A DNA stretch of 64,000 nt, taken from contig JBGANF010000001.1 in the NCBI GenBank assembly GCA_044222475.1, positions 32,001 through 96,000 on the forward strand, in the 5' to 3' direction. This DNA comes from Polyangiaceae bacterium (GTDB lineage Bacteria > Myxococcota_A > Polyangia > Polyangiales > Polyangiaceae). Every line of letters begins with the position of its first letter. Position 1 is the first letter of the stretch. Shown piece after piece: positions 18,738-27,882 of this stretch. Made by a program: the position numbers and the translations under genes. Below the pieces are notes generated by a model. The model worked only from the letters and a program-made list of their open reading frames with translations, was not told the origin of the DNA and ran no database searches.

Positions 18738-20303
18738 TCAGTCTTGCCCGAGATCTGGATCGTGCCGGGCTTGGGCCGCCGAACAAAGATGTGGGTACGG
18801 AGGTGCCACGCCCGCTGGATTCGTACCCGGAGGCGCGATTTCGCAGGCAGCTTCGACGTCGAAGGGGTCGAGGGCGATCGCCTCCGCGAACGACGAATCG
18901 GCCGTGGCTCCGTCACCGGCCGATCGCGCGAGCCGACCGCGGATCGCCCACCACGGACCGTACCCCGACGTCACGTCGGCGGGTCCGCCGAGCGCGGTGC
19001 GAGCGTCCTCCGACTTGCCGAGCGACTCGAGGCTCCGCGCTCGCAGGTAGCGAACGCTGGGATCCTCGAGGAACACCTTTGGCAAGTCCACGACCGTGTC
19101 GAGCGCCGACTGCGCGTGGCCGCGACCGAAGAGCAGCTCGGCGAGGCGCACCTTCTCGCGCGACGTGGCTGCGTCCGGAATGGCGGCGCCGCCGCCGAAG
19201 AACGGTGGGAGCGGGTCCAACGAGCGCGCGGCGAGATCGACGCGCCATCGCTCGTCCCACGCTTTGAGGTCGGCCGACGTCACCGCGACGAGCGCCTCGT
19301 CGACGGTGCGATGCGACTGGTCGAGCTTGCGCTCCCCGAGCGAGCCGAGGAGCTTGGGAAGCGGATCGGTTCCTGCGTGATCGGCGAAGTACCGAACGAA
19401 GCTCGTGACCTCCGAGAACGCGACCATCGCGGCGTCGGCGCTGGGGAGCATCGCGATCGACGGACCGAGCTTGTCGAGCGGGAGGTCGATCTTCTTGCGG
19501 ATGCCCCACTGCGCGATCGCGTCGGGCGAGGGCCTGTCGTCGAACGGTCCGGGCGGTCTCCACCGAACCTCTTCGCGCTTCGCGATGCCCTCTTGGAGCC
19601 AGAGCGGAGCGCGATCGACGCTGGCGCGGGTGACCGCGAGGTGGGTGAGCTCGTGCGCGATCGTGTCGCGCCACTGGTACCCATGCGAGCTCGCGCGGGG
19701 CGAGAGCAGCGTGACCCGGCCCCACTTCGCGACCGCGACGGTCCCGGTCGTTTTGGCCGAGTCGTACGGCAAGCCGGTCATCGCGCTGAGGGCGAGGAGA
19801 TCGCGAACGACGATGATCCGAGTCGGTTTCGGCCAGGAGACCCCCAGGTCCTTGGTGAGCGTGTCGCGCGCCTTGACGACGGTGTCGACGATGATGGGCG
19901 TGAGCGCGCGATCGGCCTCGTCCTGGTAGCGGATCCAGACCGAGTGTTCCTTGTCCTCGTCGAGGACGGTTGCGGCGGTCACCCGAGCGCATCCGCGCGC
20001 CATGTCGGCGAGGTTCGCGCCTTCGTCGGTGGCGAGAATCTCCGGCGTCGAGAGGGTGTTCACCGCAGCGTCGCAGTCGGCTTCGTAGAGCGCGAGGCGA
20101 CCGCGCTCGCGGTTGGCGTCCGGGTCGCCCGGGTCGGCGGCGGCGAGGTGTTTTCGCGCGACGTCGTAGTCGAGACCGAGGATGGCCTCCTCCGCTTGGA
20201 TGACGTGGAGCTTGTCGAGCGGGCCCGCGTGGGCGGAGCGCGCGCCGTTCGCCACGACGACGGCGGCGAACGCGAGGAGCGCGAGCGTGGCGGTTCGTTT
20301 CAT
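18738..20303 (-). CDS. Secreted peptidase MA-like metalloprotease with TPRs
   Basis: Signal peptide; AHELTH (HExxH) and WLQEGIA. Confidence 0.8.
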   Translation of the reverse strand: MKRTATLALLAFAAVVVANGARSAHAGPLDKLHVIQAEEAILGLDYDVARKHLAAADPGDPDANRERGRLALYEADCDAAVNTLSTPEILATDEGANLADMARGCARVTAATVLDEDKEHSVWIRYQDEADRALTPIIVDTVVKARDTLTKDLGVSWPKPTRIIVVRDLLALSAMTGLPYDSAKTTGTVAVAKWGRVTLLSPRASSHGYQWRDTIAHELTHLAVTRASVDRAPLWLQEGIAKREEVRWRPPGPFDDRPSPDAIAQWGIRKKIDLPLDKLGPSIAMLPSADAAMVAFSEVTSFVRYFADHAGTDPLPKLLGSLGERKLDQSHRTVDEALVAVTSADLKAWDERWRVDLAARSLDPLPPFFGGGAAIPDAATSREKVRLAELLFGRGHAQSALDTVVDLPKVFLEDPSVRYLRARSLESLGKSEDARTALGGPADVTSGYGPWWAIRGRLARSAGDGATADSSFAEAIALDPFDVEAACEIAPPGTNPAGVAPPYPHLCSAAQARHDPDLGQD

Positions 20304-23227
20304 CGGAGGAGCCCCTCGGCGTAGCGTTTCACGGCGTCCTTGTGCTTTCCGTCGGACGGTTGTCCGAGACCTTGGAGCACTCGCTTTCGGAAGTCCTCCG
20401 GACCTTTGTGGGCATCGGCCTTGGGGATGTCGACGGGGGCGTTCGACGCGGTCTTGCCGTCGTCGCCTTCGCCCTCGCCTTCTTCGTCGCTGCCGAGCGC
20501 TTCGCGGGCCTTGTCGAGGGCGCGCTGCGCGTCGCGTTGCTGTCCGAGACCCTTGTCGGCGTCACCGCTCTTCAGCGAGCGCGACGCGTCGCGCGCGCTT
20601 TGCTCGGCCTCGTCGAGGGCGTCGATCGCCTTCTGGGGGAGTGCTCCCTGATCGCGCCCGCGGTCGGCGAGCTTCTTCGCGCGATCGGCGAGCTCGTCTT
20701 CGTCGTCTCCTGCTTTGTTCAACGGCCCCTGAGCGCGCTGCGCCGCTTTCCGGCGCAACGCCTTGAGGGCGGCCTCGGCCGCTTGGACCTCGGGCTCGAG
20801 CTTCTTCTTCGCTTCGTCGAGGCGGCGCTCGGCGTCGGGGTTTCCGCGATCGAAGCTGCGCCACCGCTCGCGCGCGGCGATACGCTTGGCTTCGTCGATC
20901 GCGTCGAGCGCGTTCTTCCCGCTCTGGACGGCGTCCGCGGGATCGCCCTGCTCGAGCGAGCGCGCCATCTGGTCGCCGAGCTCGCGAGCGGCGGAGCCCT
21001 TGCTCGTCCACGAGTCGCTTCCACCGCCGACGGTGGGAAGGCCCTTGATCGCGTCGCGCACGGCGTCGGCGTGCTTCTTCGACTCGTCGCGGAGCGCATC
21101 GAGATCCTCTTTCGACGCGCCGGCGTTGAGCGCGCCTTCGACGTCACCCATGTTCGCGGAGTGATCCTGCGCGAGCTGCTCGAGCTCCTGCGCGGCTTCG
21201 CGGAACGCGCGCTCGGCCTCGCTCCCCTCGCCTTCGCCCTCCTGCGAGGGCGTGCCCCGCGCGCCACCCGATTCGCCGCCCGCGCGTCCGCCGCTGCCCT
21301 TCGAGCCGAACGACGGATCGGGTTGATGCAGACGCGCGGCGAGATCGCGCGCGACGAGCTCGGCGTGCGGCCAGTCGGTCGCGGCCTTCGCCCGATCGAA
21401 GCGCAGCATCGCAGCGCCGATCGCTCCGCCGAGATCGCGGCCGAGCGTGCCGAGGATCATCAGCTGCTTCTGGCCACCATCGAGGACGACGTGCGCCGCG
21501 TCGACCCGCACCATGCCGCGCGTCGTCTCGGCGGGGCGCTCCACCTGCTGCACGCCCAGCGCGAGATCGTCGGCGACCTCGGCGAGCTGCTTCGCCGCGT
21601 CCTTGGAGTCCTTGATGGCGAGCCCGCGGACGATCCCGTCGACGACGAGCGCCATCGTTCCGGTCGCCTTGGTCACCGCTTTGTGCGTCGCTTCGCTCGG
21701 GCCCTTCTGCTCCGCGGTCGACGCGTCGGCGAGCTTCTTCGCTTGCCCCTTGAGCAGCGACGCGAGGCGCGCGGCGATCTTCGCGCCCGCGTAGCTGTCG
21801 TCGAGGACTCGATCGAGCTGCTCGGCGAGGTCGGCCTGGCGTCGCTTCTGATCGACGAGGAACGCGGGGCGATCCTTCGCGTCCGCGGGAACCGGATGCT
21901 CCATCGACCACGCGAGAGCGTCGACGTAGGCGTCGCGGAGCGCGCGCAGCGCCGTCATGCGCATCGCCTCGGGCTGACCGACGTCGGGCGGGATGATCGT
22001 GAACGCTTCGCTCGCGCCCCACTTCGGACCGGTGATCGGATCGTTGTCCTTCGCCTCGACGCGGATCTCGACCGGGGCGTGGCTGCGCTTGAGGAACGGA
22101 TCGCGCGCGCGAAGGAGCGACCCTCCGCTGTCTTCGCGCGTCTCGCCGTCGAGGCGGGCGAGGACGCGACGCTCTTCGCGTACGCCCGAGCGCAGGACGA
22201 GGTGGACCTCGCGCAGACCGTGATCGTCGCGCGCCTCGTACTTGATCGGGATGTCGCCCTCGAGCGTCGTGAGCTCGAGACGCTTCGGCGCGCCATCCAG
22301 CGTGACCACCGGCGCCTCGTCCATGATGGCGGTGACCTTCGTCACGCCGGACTCCTCGATGACGACCGGCCCGAACCGAGCCACGACGCGGAGGTCGACG
22401 TCACCGGTGAGCGGCCAGCGGGCGACGATCTTGCCGCTTCCGTCGTCGACGAACGGGACCTCGTTCTTCCCGTCGGAGAGCAGCACTCGGCGACCGTCGT
22501 GCGCGCGATCTCCCCGGAACGTGAGGAGCGTGCCGTTCGGGAGCGCGGCCTCTTCGAAGGGCCGGCGATCGCGCTCCTCCATGTGGAGGTAGTCCGGTGG
22601 GCGCGCGCGAACCGTCATCGAGTCGACGTAGGTGAGCCCGACCGGCGCGATGCCGTGACGGGCGAAGAGTACGTCGAGCCCTTCGATCGGGCGAAACGGA
22701 TCGAGGGCGATGAAGACGCCAGCGCCGGCGACGAGCACGAGCGTCGCGACGTTGAAGCGACGGGCGACCGCGTCGGCTCCTTCGGCGATCCGATCCTTGG
22801 GCAGGGCTTCGAGCTGGCGCGCGACGTGGAGCCGAGCCAGCGCGCTCGACGTGCCGACGGCGGCGTGGCCCTCGTCGTCGAGGAGCGTCAGCGCGCGGAG
22901 CGCTCGGGCCGCGCGCTCGGGCGCGACGCGACCGGCGAGACGTTGGATCGCGACGCGCGGGTCTTCCCACGTGCGACGCTCGCGCCACCGCAGCGCCACG
23001 AACGCCGCGATGCCGGCCGCCGCCATCGCGCCGGCCGATGCGCGCGCGGCGACGGTTCCGCCGCGCGCCACGAACGCGAGCGCGACGAGGACGAGGAAGG
23101 AGGCTGCGGCGACCGAACGACGCTGAGGTCCGCGGATCGACTCACGAAAGACGAAGACGAGGTGGTCGAGCGCCTCGCTGATCTGCCGCTTCGTGCTCGC
23201 CTTCTTCTTCGACGGGCGCTTGGACAC
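20300..23227 (-). CDS. DUF4175-like membrane protein with long coiled coil
   Basis: N-terminal TMs, PPDY, ARDDHGL, EAKDNDPITGP motifs, Gln/Ala-rich helices, C-terminal YAEGLLR. Confidence 0.75.
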   Translation of the reverse strand: MSKRPSKKKASTKRQISEALDHLVFVFRESIRGPQRRSVAAASFLVLVALAFVARGGTVAARASAGAMAAAGIAAFVALRWRERRTWEDPRVAIQRLAGRVAPERAARALRALTLLDDEGHAAVGTSSALARLHVARQLEALPKDRIAEGADAVARRFNVATLVLVAGAGVFIALDPFRPIEGLDVLFARHGIAPVGLTYVDSMTVRARPPDYLHMEERDRRPFEEAALPNGTLLTFRGDRAHDGRRVLLSDGKNEVPFVDDGSGKIVARWPLTGDVDLRVVARFGPVVIEESGVTKVTAIMDEAPVVTLDGAPKRLELTTLEGDIPIKYEARDDHGLREVHLVLRSGVREERRVLARLDGETREDSGGSLLRARDPFLKRSHAPVEIRVEAKDNDPITGPKWGASEAFTIIPPDVGQPEAMRMTALRALRDAYVDALAWSMEHPVPADAKDRPAFLVDQKRRQADLAEQLDRVLDDSYAGAKIAARLASLLKGQAKKLADASTAEQKGPSEATHKAVTKATGTMALVVDGIVRGLAIKDSKDAAKQLAEVADDLALGVQQVERPAETTRGMVRVDAAHVVLDGGQKQLMILGTLGRDLGGAIGAAMLRFDRAKAATDWPHAELVARDLAARLHQPDPSFGSKGSGGRAGGESGGARGTPSQEGEGEGSEAERAFREAAQELEQLAQDHSANMGDVEGALNAGASKEDLDALRDESKKHADAVRDAIKGLPTVGGGSDSWTSKGSAARELGDQMARSLEQGDPADAVQSGKNALDAIDEAKRIAARERWRSFDRGNPDAERRLDEAKKKLEPEVQAAEAALKALRRKAAQRAQGPLNKAGDDEDELADRAKKLADRGRDQGALPQKAIDALDEAEQSARDASRSLKSGDADKGLGQQRDAQRALDKAREALGSDEEGEGEGDDGKTASNAPVDIPKADAHKGPEDFRKRVLQGLGQPSDGKHKDAVKRYAEGLLR

Positions 23228-23257
23228 CACCGAACCCTAACACGGTTGGGACGCCGT

Positions 23258-24877
23258 TTATTGCGGCGGGGGCGGCGGCGGAGGGAACCCCGGGAACGTC
23301 GGGATCGGCGGAAATCCGCTGGGAACGGTGATCACGAAGCCGCCGTCCGGCGGGCCCGGAAACGGAAAGTGCGGGAAGCCGCCCGCGTCGACTGCGGCGG
23401 GGGCTCCGGCGTCGGGGAGCTTGAGCCCGCCGTCGGGGAGCGCGGTCGGGAGCGGGCCGCTCTGCGTGCCGGTGGGACCGGGGCCGATCGGACCCGGCGG
23501 TACCTTGTTGGTACCGAGGGTGGCGAGCGGCTGCGTGGTGTCCGTGCCGTTGGCGGTCGGCGTGGTGGCGATCGGAGTGGTGCCGGAGGCGGTCGGCGTC
23601 GTGGCGGTCGGGCGAGTCGCGGTGCCGTCATCGCGGCTCGACATCGCCACCACGACCGCGGCGACGAGGCCGCCGACGATGAGAAAGCCGATCACGAAGA
23701 TCCACACGCCAGAGCCGCTCTTCTTCCGACCGCGCTGACCCGGCGGCGCACCGCCGTACGCGGGCTGCAGCGCGGGCGGCGGGACGTTCGGTAGCGGGGC
23801 GATGCCGACCGGACCGCCGCGCTCGGTGCGAGGTCCGCGGGCCTCGACGTCCGACGGCGCGGCGACGGCAGGCGCGACCACCGGCGCGACCACCGGCGCG
23901 ACCGCGGGAGCGATCTGCGCGGCGACCGCCGGCAGCGGTTTCGTCCCGCCCGCGGGCGCCGTCTGCGCGAGCGCGCCGGTCGGGCTCGCGTCGACGTGGA
24001 CTCGCGTCGTGGACGGCGCGCTGGAGAGCGTGGCCTCGAGGGCGAGCCGCATCTCGGTCGCGGACTGAAAGCGCAGCTCGGGGCGCGGGCCCATCGCTTG
24101 ATGCACGAGCCCCGCGATCGGCGGCGGGACCTCGGGCGCGGCGTGAATGAGCGGTGTCACGTCGCCTTGCTCGATCTTCACCGCGAGGAGGCGCGCGTCG
24201 AGACCGGTCACCGGCCGTTGGCCGGAGAGCATCTCGTAGAACATCACGCCGACGGAGTAGATGTCGGCTCGGGCGTCGGCGCGGTCGGCGGAGAACGCTT
24301 GCTCGGGCGCCATGTACTCGGCGGTGCCCATCGTGATGCCAGCCATCGTCAGGTTGGAGCTCGTGTCACCGGCGGCGTCCTTCTTGACCTTCGCGATGCC
24401 GAAGTCGATCAGCTTGAGGACCGGCTTCCCCGCTTGCACGGTGACGAACACGTTCTCGGGCTTGAGATCGCGGTGGACGACGCCGAGTGCGTGGGCGGCC
24501 TCCAGGCCTTCGAGGATCTGTTTCGTGTATTCTGCAGCGATCGGGAGCGGGAGCTTCTTCTCGCGGTCGAGGACGGCGAGCAAGGTCTGGCCCTCGAGGA
24601 GCTCCATGACCATGTACGCCTCGCCGTCGCCGGCTTGGTCGACGTCCATGACCTGGGCGACGTGGGGGCTCTTGATCTGCGCGGAGACGCGGGCCTCTTG
24701 GAGGAATCGCTCGACGATCCCCGGTCGCTGCGCGACCTCGGGGTGGATCACCTTGATGGCGACGCGCGTGCCGAGCTTCTCGTGCATGGCCTCGAACACG
24801 AAGCCCATTCCGCCGTCGCCGATGAGCCGGAGGATGCGGTACTTGCCGCCGAGGACGTTGCCGATGGTGACCGACAT
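23258..24877 (-). CDS. Hanks-type Ser/Thr protein kinase, membrane-anchored
   Basis: GDGGMG, VAIK, HRDLKPEN, DFG, YMAPE; TM and Pro-rich tail. Confidence 0.95.
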   Translation of the reverse strand: MSVTIGNVLGGKYRILRLIGDGGMGFVFEAMHEKLGTRVAIKVIHPEVAQRPGIVERFLQEARVSAQIKSPHVAQVMDVDQAGDGEAYMVMELLEGQTLLAVLDREKKLPLPIAAEYTKQILEGLEAAHALGVVHRDLKPENVFVTVQAGKPVLKLIDFGIAKVKKDAAGDTSSNLTMAGITMGTAEYMAPEQAFSADRADARADIYSVGVMFYEMLSGQRPVTGLDARLLAVKIEQGDVTPLIHAAPEVPPPIAGLVHQAMGPRPELRFQSATEMRLALEATLSSAPSTTRVHVDASPTGALAQTAPAGGTKPLPAVAAQIAPAVAPVVAPVVAPAVAAPSDVEARGPRTERGGPVGIAPLPNVPPPALQPAYGGAPPGQRGRKKSGSGVWIFVIGFLIVGGLVAAVVVAMSSRDDGTATRPTATTPTASGTTPIATTPTANGTDTTQPLATLGTNKVPPGPIGPGPTGTQSGPLPTALPDGGLKLPDAGAPAAVDAGGFPHFPFPGPPDGGFVITVPSGFPPIPTFPGFPPPPPPPQ

Positions 24878-24947
24878 CGATGCCCCTTCTTACCACATCC
24901 GTCCGACGCGACTGGACGGATGAGCCAGGCTTCGTTTTACTGAAAGC

Positions 24948-25866
24948 ATGCGCTCCACCATCCTCGGCGTCGGTCACTACGTCCCCACCAAGGTCGTGAA
25001 GAACGACGACCTCGCGAAGCTCATGACCACGTCGGACGAATGGATCGTCCAGCGGACCGGCATCAAGGAGCGGCGCTACATCGAGCACTCGGGGATCGGG
25101 GCGAGCGATCTCGCCGTCCCGGCGACCGACATGGCGCTCGAGCACGCGAAGCTCGCGCGCAAGGACATCGACGCGATCATCTTCGCGACGCTCTCACCGG
25201 ATCACAACTTCCCCGGCTCGGGGTGTTTCCTCGGTGACAAGCTCGGGCTGCCGGGCATTCCCGCGCTCGACGTGCGCAACCAGTGCTCCGGGTTCTTGTA
25301 TGGACTCTCGATCGCCGACGCGTGGGTACGCGCCGGGGTGTATCGCCACATCCTCTTGGTCGGCTCGGAGGTGCACTCGACCGGTGTCGAGTTCACCGAT
25401 CGCGGGCGCGACGTCGCGGTGCTCTTCGGCGACGGCGCGGGAGCGGCGGTCATCGGCGCAGCGACCGACGAGGGTCAGGGGCTGAAGTCGATCGCGCTGC
25501 ACGCCGACGGATCCGGCGCGAAGGATCTGTGGCTCGAGGCGCCCGCGTCGAACCACATCCCGCGGATGACGAAGGAGATGATCGACGAGGGGAAGCACTA
25601 CCCGGCGATGAACGGGAAGCAGGTCTTCCGCTGGGCGACGGAGAAGATGCCGGAGGTCTCGCGCGAGGTGCTCGAGAAGGCGCAGCTGACGATCGCCGGC
25701 GAAGGTGGTGCACAACATCGAGAAGTACGGAAACACGACGGCGGCGACGATCCCGCTGGGTCTGTCGGAGGCATGGCGCGAAGGGCGCTGCAAGAAAGGG
25801 TCGAACATCCTGATGGCGGCGTTCGGGAGCGGGTACACCTGGGGAGGCGCGGTGCTGACGCTCTAG
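24948..25866 (+). pseudogene. fabH: 3-oxoacyl-ACP synthase III (FabH family) with internal deletion and frameshift
   Basis: WIVQRTGI, NQCSGF, LFGDGAGA, MNGKQVF in one frame; [18 protein letters not shown]...FGSGYTWGG in the +1 frame from ~25696; HQAN segment absent. Confidence 0.85.
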
Positions 25867-25914
25867 CTGATCGGGCTTGTGTGCAGGTGTCGGTTCATGT
25901 AGGAGGACCGGGCC

Positions 25915-26373
25915 GTGCGCGTCGCTCCTCTCTTCCTCACCCTCGTCCTCGTTGGCTGCGCCGCCGACGCGGGCGACCCCGCCGACGAATCGGCCGACGA
26001 GTCGGCCGACGAGCTCGCATCGACCTTCACGTATCGCTGCTCTCGCCTCAACAAGTTCGACGACGGGTTCGATCCCACCGACTACCTGCGGGTGAGCAAG
26101 TCGAAGGTCGTCTGGAACAGGACCAACGACTTCCGCGCGTCGGCGGGCGCGCAAACCGCCAAGCATGACGTCGACTACCGGCCGAAGGGCAGCATCGCGT
26201 ACGTGCGCTACGAGTACCGCGACGCCAACGCCGTGCACGAGTGGAAGCTCGCGCCCGAGCTGGTGTCGGGCGGGATGAAGATGAAGGGCGGCGATCTCGG
26301 CGGCTTCGCCGTCCACGGCGTGACGGTCGACTGGTACGGCTCGTCGAAGTACGTCTGCTTTCGCACGAAGTGA
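25915..26373 (+). CDS. Hypothetical lipoprotein
   Basis: GGAGG RBS, lipobox LVGC. Confidence 0.7.
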   Translation: MRVAPLFLTLVLVGCAADAGDPADESADESADELASTFTYRCSRLNKFDDGFDPTDYLRVSKSKVVWNRTNDFRASAGAQTAKHDVDYRPKGSIAYVRYEYRDANAVHEWKLAPELVSGGMKMKGGDLGGFAVHGVTVDWYGSSKYVCFRTK

Positions 26374-26383
26374 CCGTGACGGC

Positions 26384-27193
26384 CTAGGTCGGCTCGCGGT
26401 ATCGGGGGCTGCGTCGGGGCGGCGGTCCCTTGTATTCTACACATTCATCGGGGAGGCGCTGGAGCACTGGAGACTTCTGCTCCGCGCCTTCGACGGCGTT
26501 GGCGTAGAGCGACGGCGTCGACAGGAAGATGACGACCACTGGGATTTCTGCCGGCGGAAAGCCGAGATCCAACAAGGCCGCTGCCATCGCGCCGGCCGCA
26601 TTGAGCGGAGCGGCGCGGTGCCGCACGAGCGCCGCTTCGATGCGACGCGCGAGGCGCCAATGCTTCCCGTTCGCGCGACCGCGAGCTCCGAGGCAACGCT
26701 CGGCCGTGGTGACGCGCTCGTCGACGTCCCGAAATGGTACGCCGTAGCCGATGAACTTGTGACCGTGGGCCACGTCGCGCGCGACGATCGCAGCGAGCGC
26801 GTCGTCGTCGTCGAGGTTCGACCCGAGCTCGGCAGCGATCCGACTCAAGTACTGGGCGACCGCGGCCGACGACCCACCGCCGACGCTCGTGCTCTCTTGC
26901 GCGAGGAGCGCCGACGCGGCTCCGGCGAGCGTGCTCCCGTAGGTGGCACCCAGCCGCGCGATGCGCAGCGGCCAGATGCGCGGGTCGGCGGCAAGGATGC
27001 TCGCGGCGAGATCGTCGATGACCGCGGCGGCGTCGGCGTCGATCGTTCGGCCTGTCAGAGCGAGGACCAACGTCTGAACGAGGCTGCGCTGGCCGGCGAG
27101 GTCGCGATCGACCGAGTGACCACGGAAACGGTTGTCCCCATCTTCCGCTCGGCCGACTCGCGTTCGAATGGGACGCAACTCGGGCGTCTTCAC
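26384..27193 (-). CDS. Citrate synthase/citryl-CoA lyase-fold protein, atypical active site
   Basis: GTG start overlaps upstream TGA after GGAGGAG; FRGHSVDRDL, DPRIWP, GYGVPFRDVDER, PLNAAGAMAAALLDLGF, VEYKGPPPR. Confidence 0.75.
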   Translation of the reverse strand: MKTPELRPIRTRVGRAEDGDNRFRGHSVDRDLAGQRSLVQTLVLALTGRTIDADAAAVIDDLAASILAADPRIWPLRIARLGATYGSTLAGAASALLAQESTSVGGGSSAAVAQYLSRIAAELGSNLDDDDALAAIVARDVAHGHKFIGYGVPFRDVDERVTTAERCLGARGRANGKHWRLARRIEAALVRHRAAPLNAAGAMAAALLDLGFPPAEIPVVVIFLSTPSLYANAVEGAEQKSPVLQRLPDECVEYKGPPPRRSPRYREPT

Positions 27194-27882
27194 TTCTCCT
27201 CCATGTACTCGAACGGCGGAACATCCATCGGGTATCCGCGGAGGTTGAGCGCCTTCACCGCGAACGCCTCGGCCCACGTGCACCCCAGGCCGGCGAGCGT
27301 GAGCGCAGCTACGAGTCGGTCGGGGCGGCGAAGGCCGCACGCGAAGAGCACCGCGACGAGCGCCGCATCCAACGAGGGCGAGTGCTGGAACACCGCCAGC
27401 GCCGAGAAGGGTGGAGGAAGCGCGCGCCGCAGCATCTCGATGCTCGGGGCATGCGGCGCAGAGGCCGTCGCCGGAAACGCGGTCGTCTGGTCTTCGAGCC
27501 AGCGCAAGAGATCTCGGAGCGCATCGATGCGTTGACCCGCGTGCTCTGCGAGAACGACGGCACCGACGGCGACGACGTTCTTGGGCGGCGCCCCGCAAAG
27601 TCGCGCGAGCCCGGCCGCGTTCGCCGGCGCCTCCGCCGCGCTCACGGGCGCTGCGAACGCGAGCGCGATCTCGAACGCGCGCCCCACGTGCGGCTCCGGC
27701 AGCGTCCCTCCGAGCGACAAGAGCACGATCTCGGCGAACGAGTAATTGGGCGCGAGGTCGTCAAAGGCTGCATACCCGAGGATCCGCGGAGATTCGCCCG
27801 GCTCGACGACGCGCGCGGAGAGCTTCTCCGGCGCGTCGATCCGCTCGACCGGACCCGCCGCTCTCTCAGCCTCGCGAGTCAC
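27190..27882 (-). CDS. Second, more degenerate citrate-synthase-fold protein
   Basis: ILGYAAFDDLAPNYSFAEIVLLSLGGTLP N-terminal signature, APANAAGLARLCG, LFACGL, C-terminal FEY. Confidence 0.6.
   Translation of the reverse strand: MTREAERAAGPVERIDAPEKLSARVVEPGESPRILGYAAFDDLAPNYSFAEIVLLSLGGTLPEPHVGRAFEIALAFAAPVSAAEAPANAAGLARLCGAPPKNVVAVGAVVLAEHAGQRIDALRDLLRWLEDQTTAFPATASAPHAPSIEMLRRALPPPFSALAVFQHSPSLDAALVAVLFACGLRRPDRLVAALTLAGLGCTWAEAFAVKALNLRGYPMDVPPFEYMEEK

Noticed and set aside
14897..23794. Very long alternative ORFs (14897-18043, 20342-23794 and many similar)
   Set aside because: Antisense or off-frame shadows of real genes in high-GC DNA; Arg-rich with no recognisable motifs
25690..25710. 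Programmed frameshift in fabH
   Set aside because: No slippery sequence, and the HQAN segment is physically absent, so recoding could not restore the enzyme
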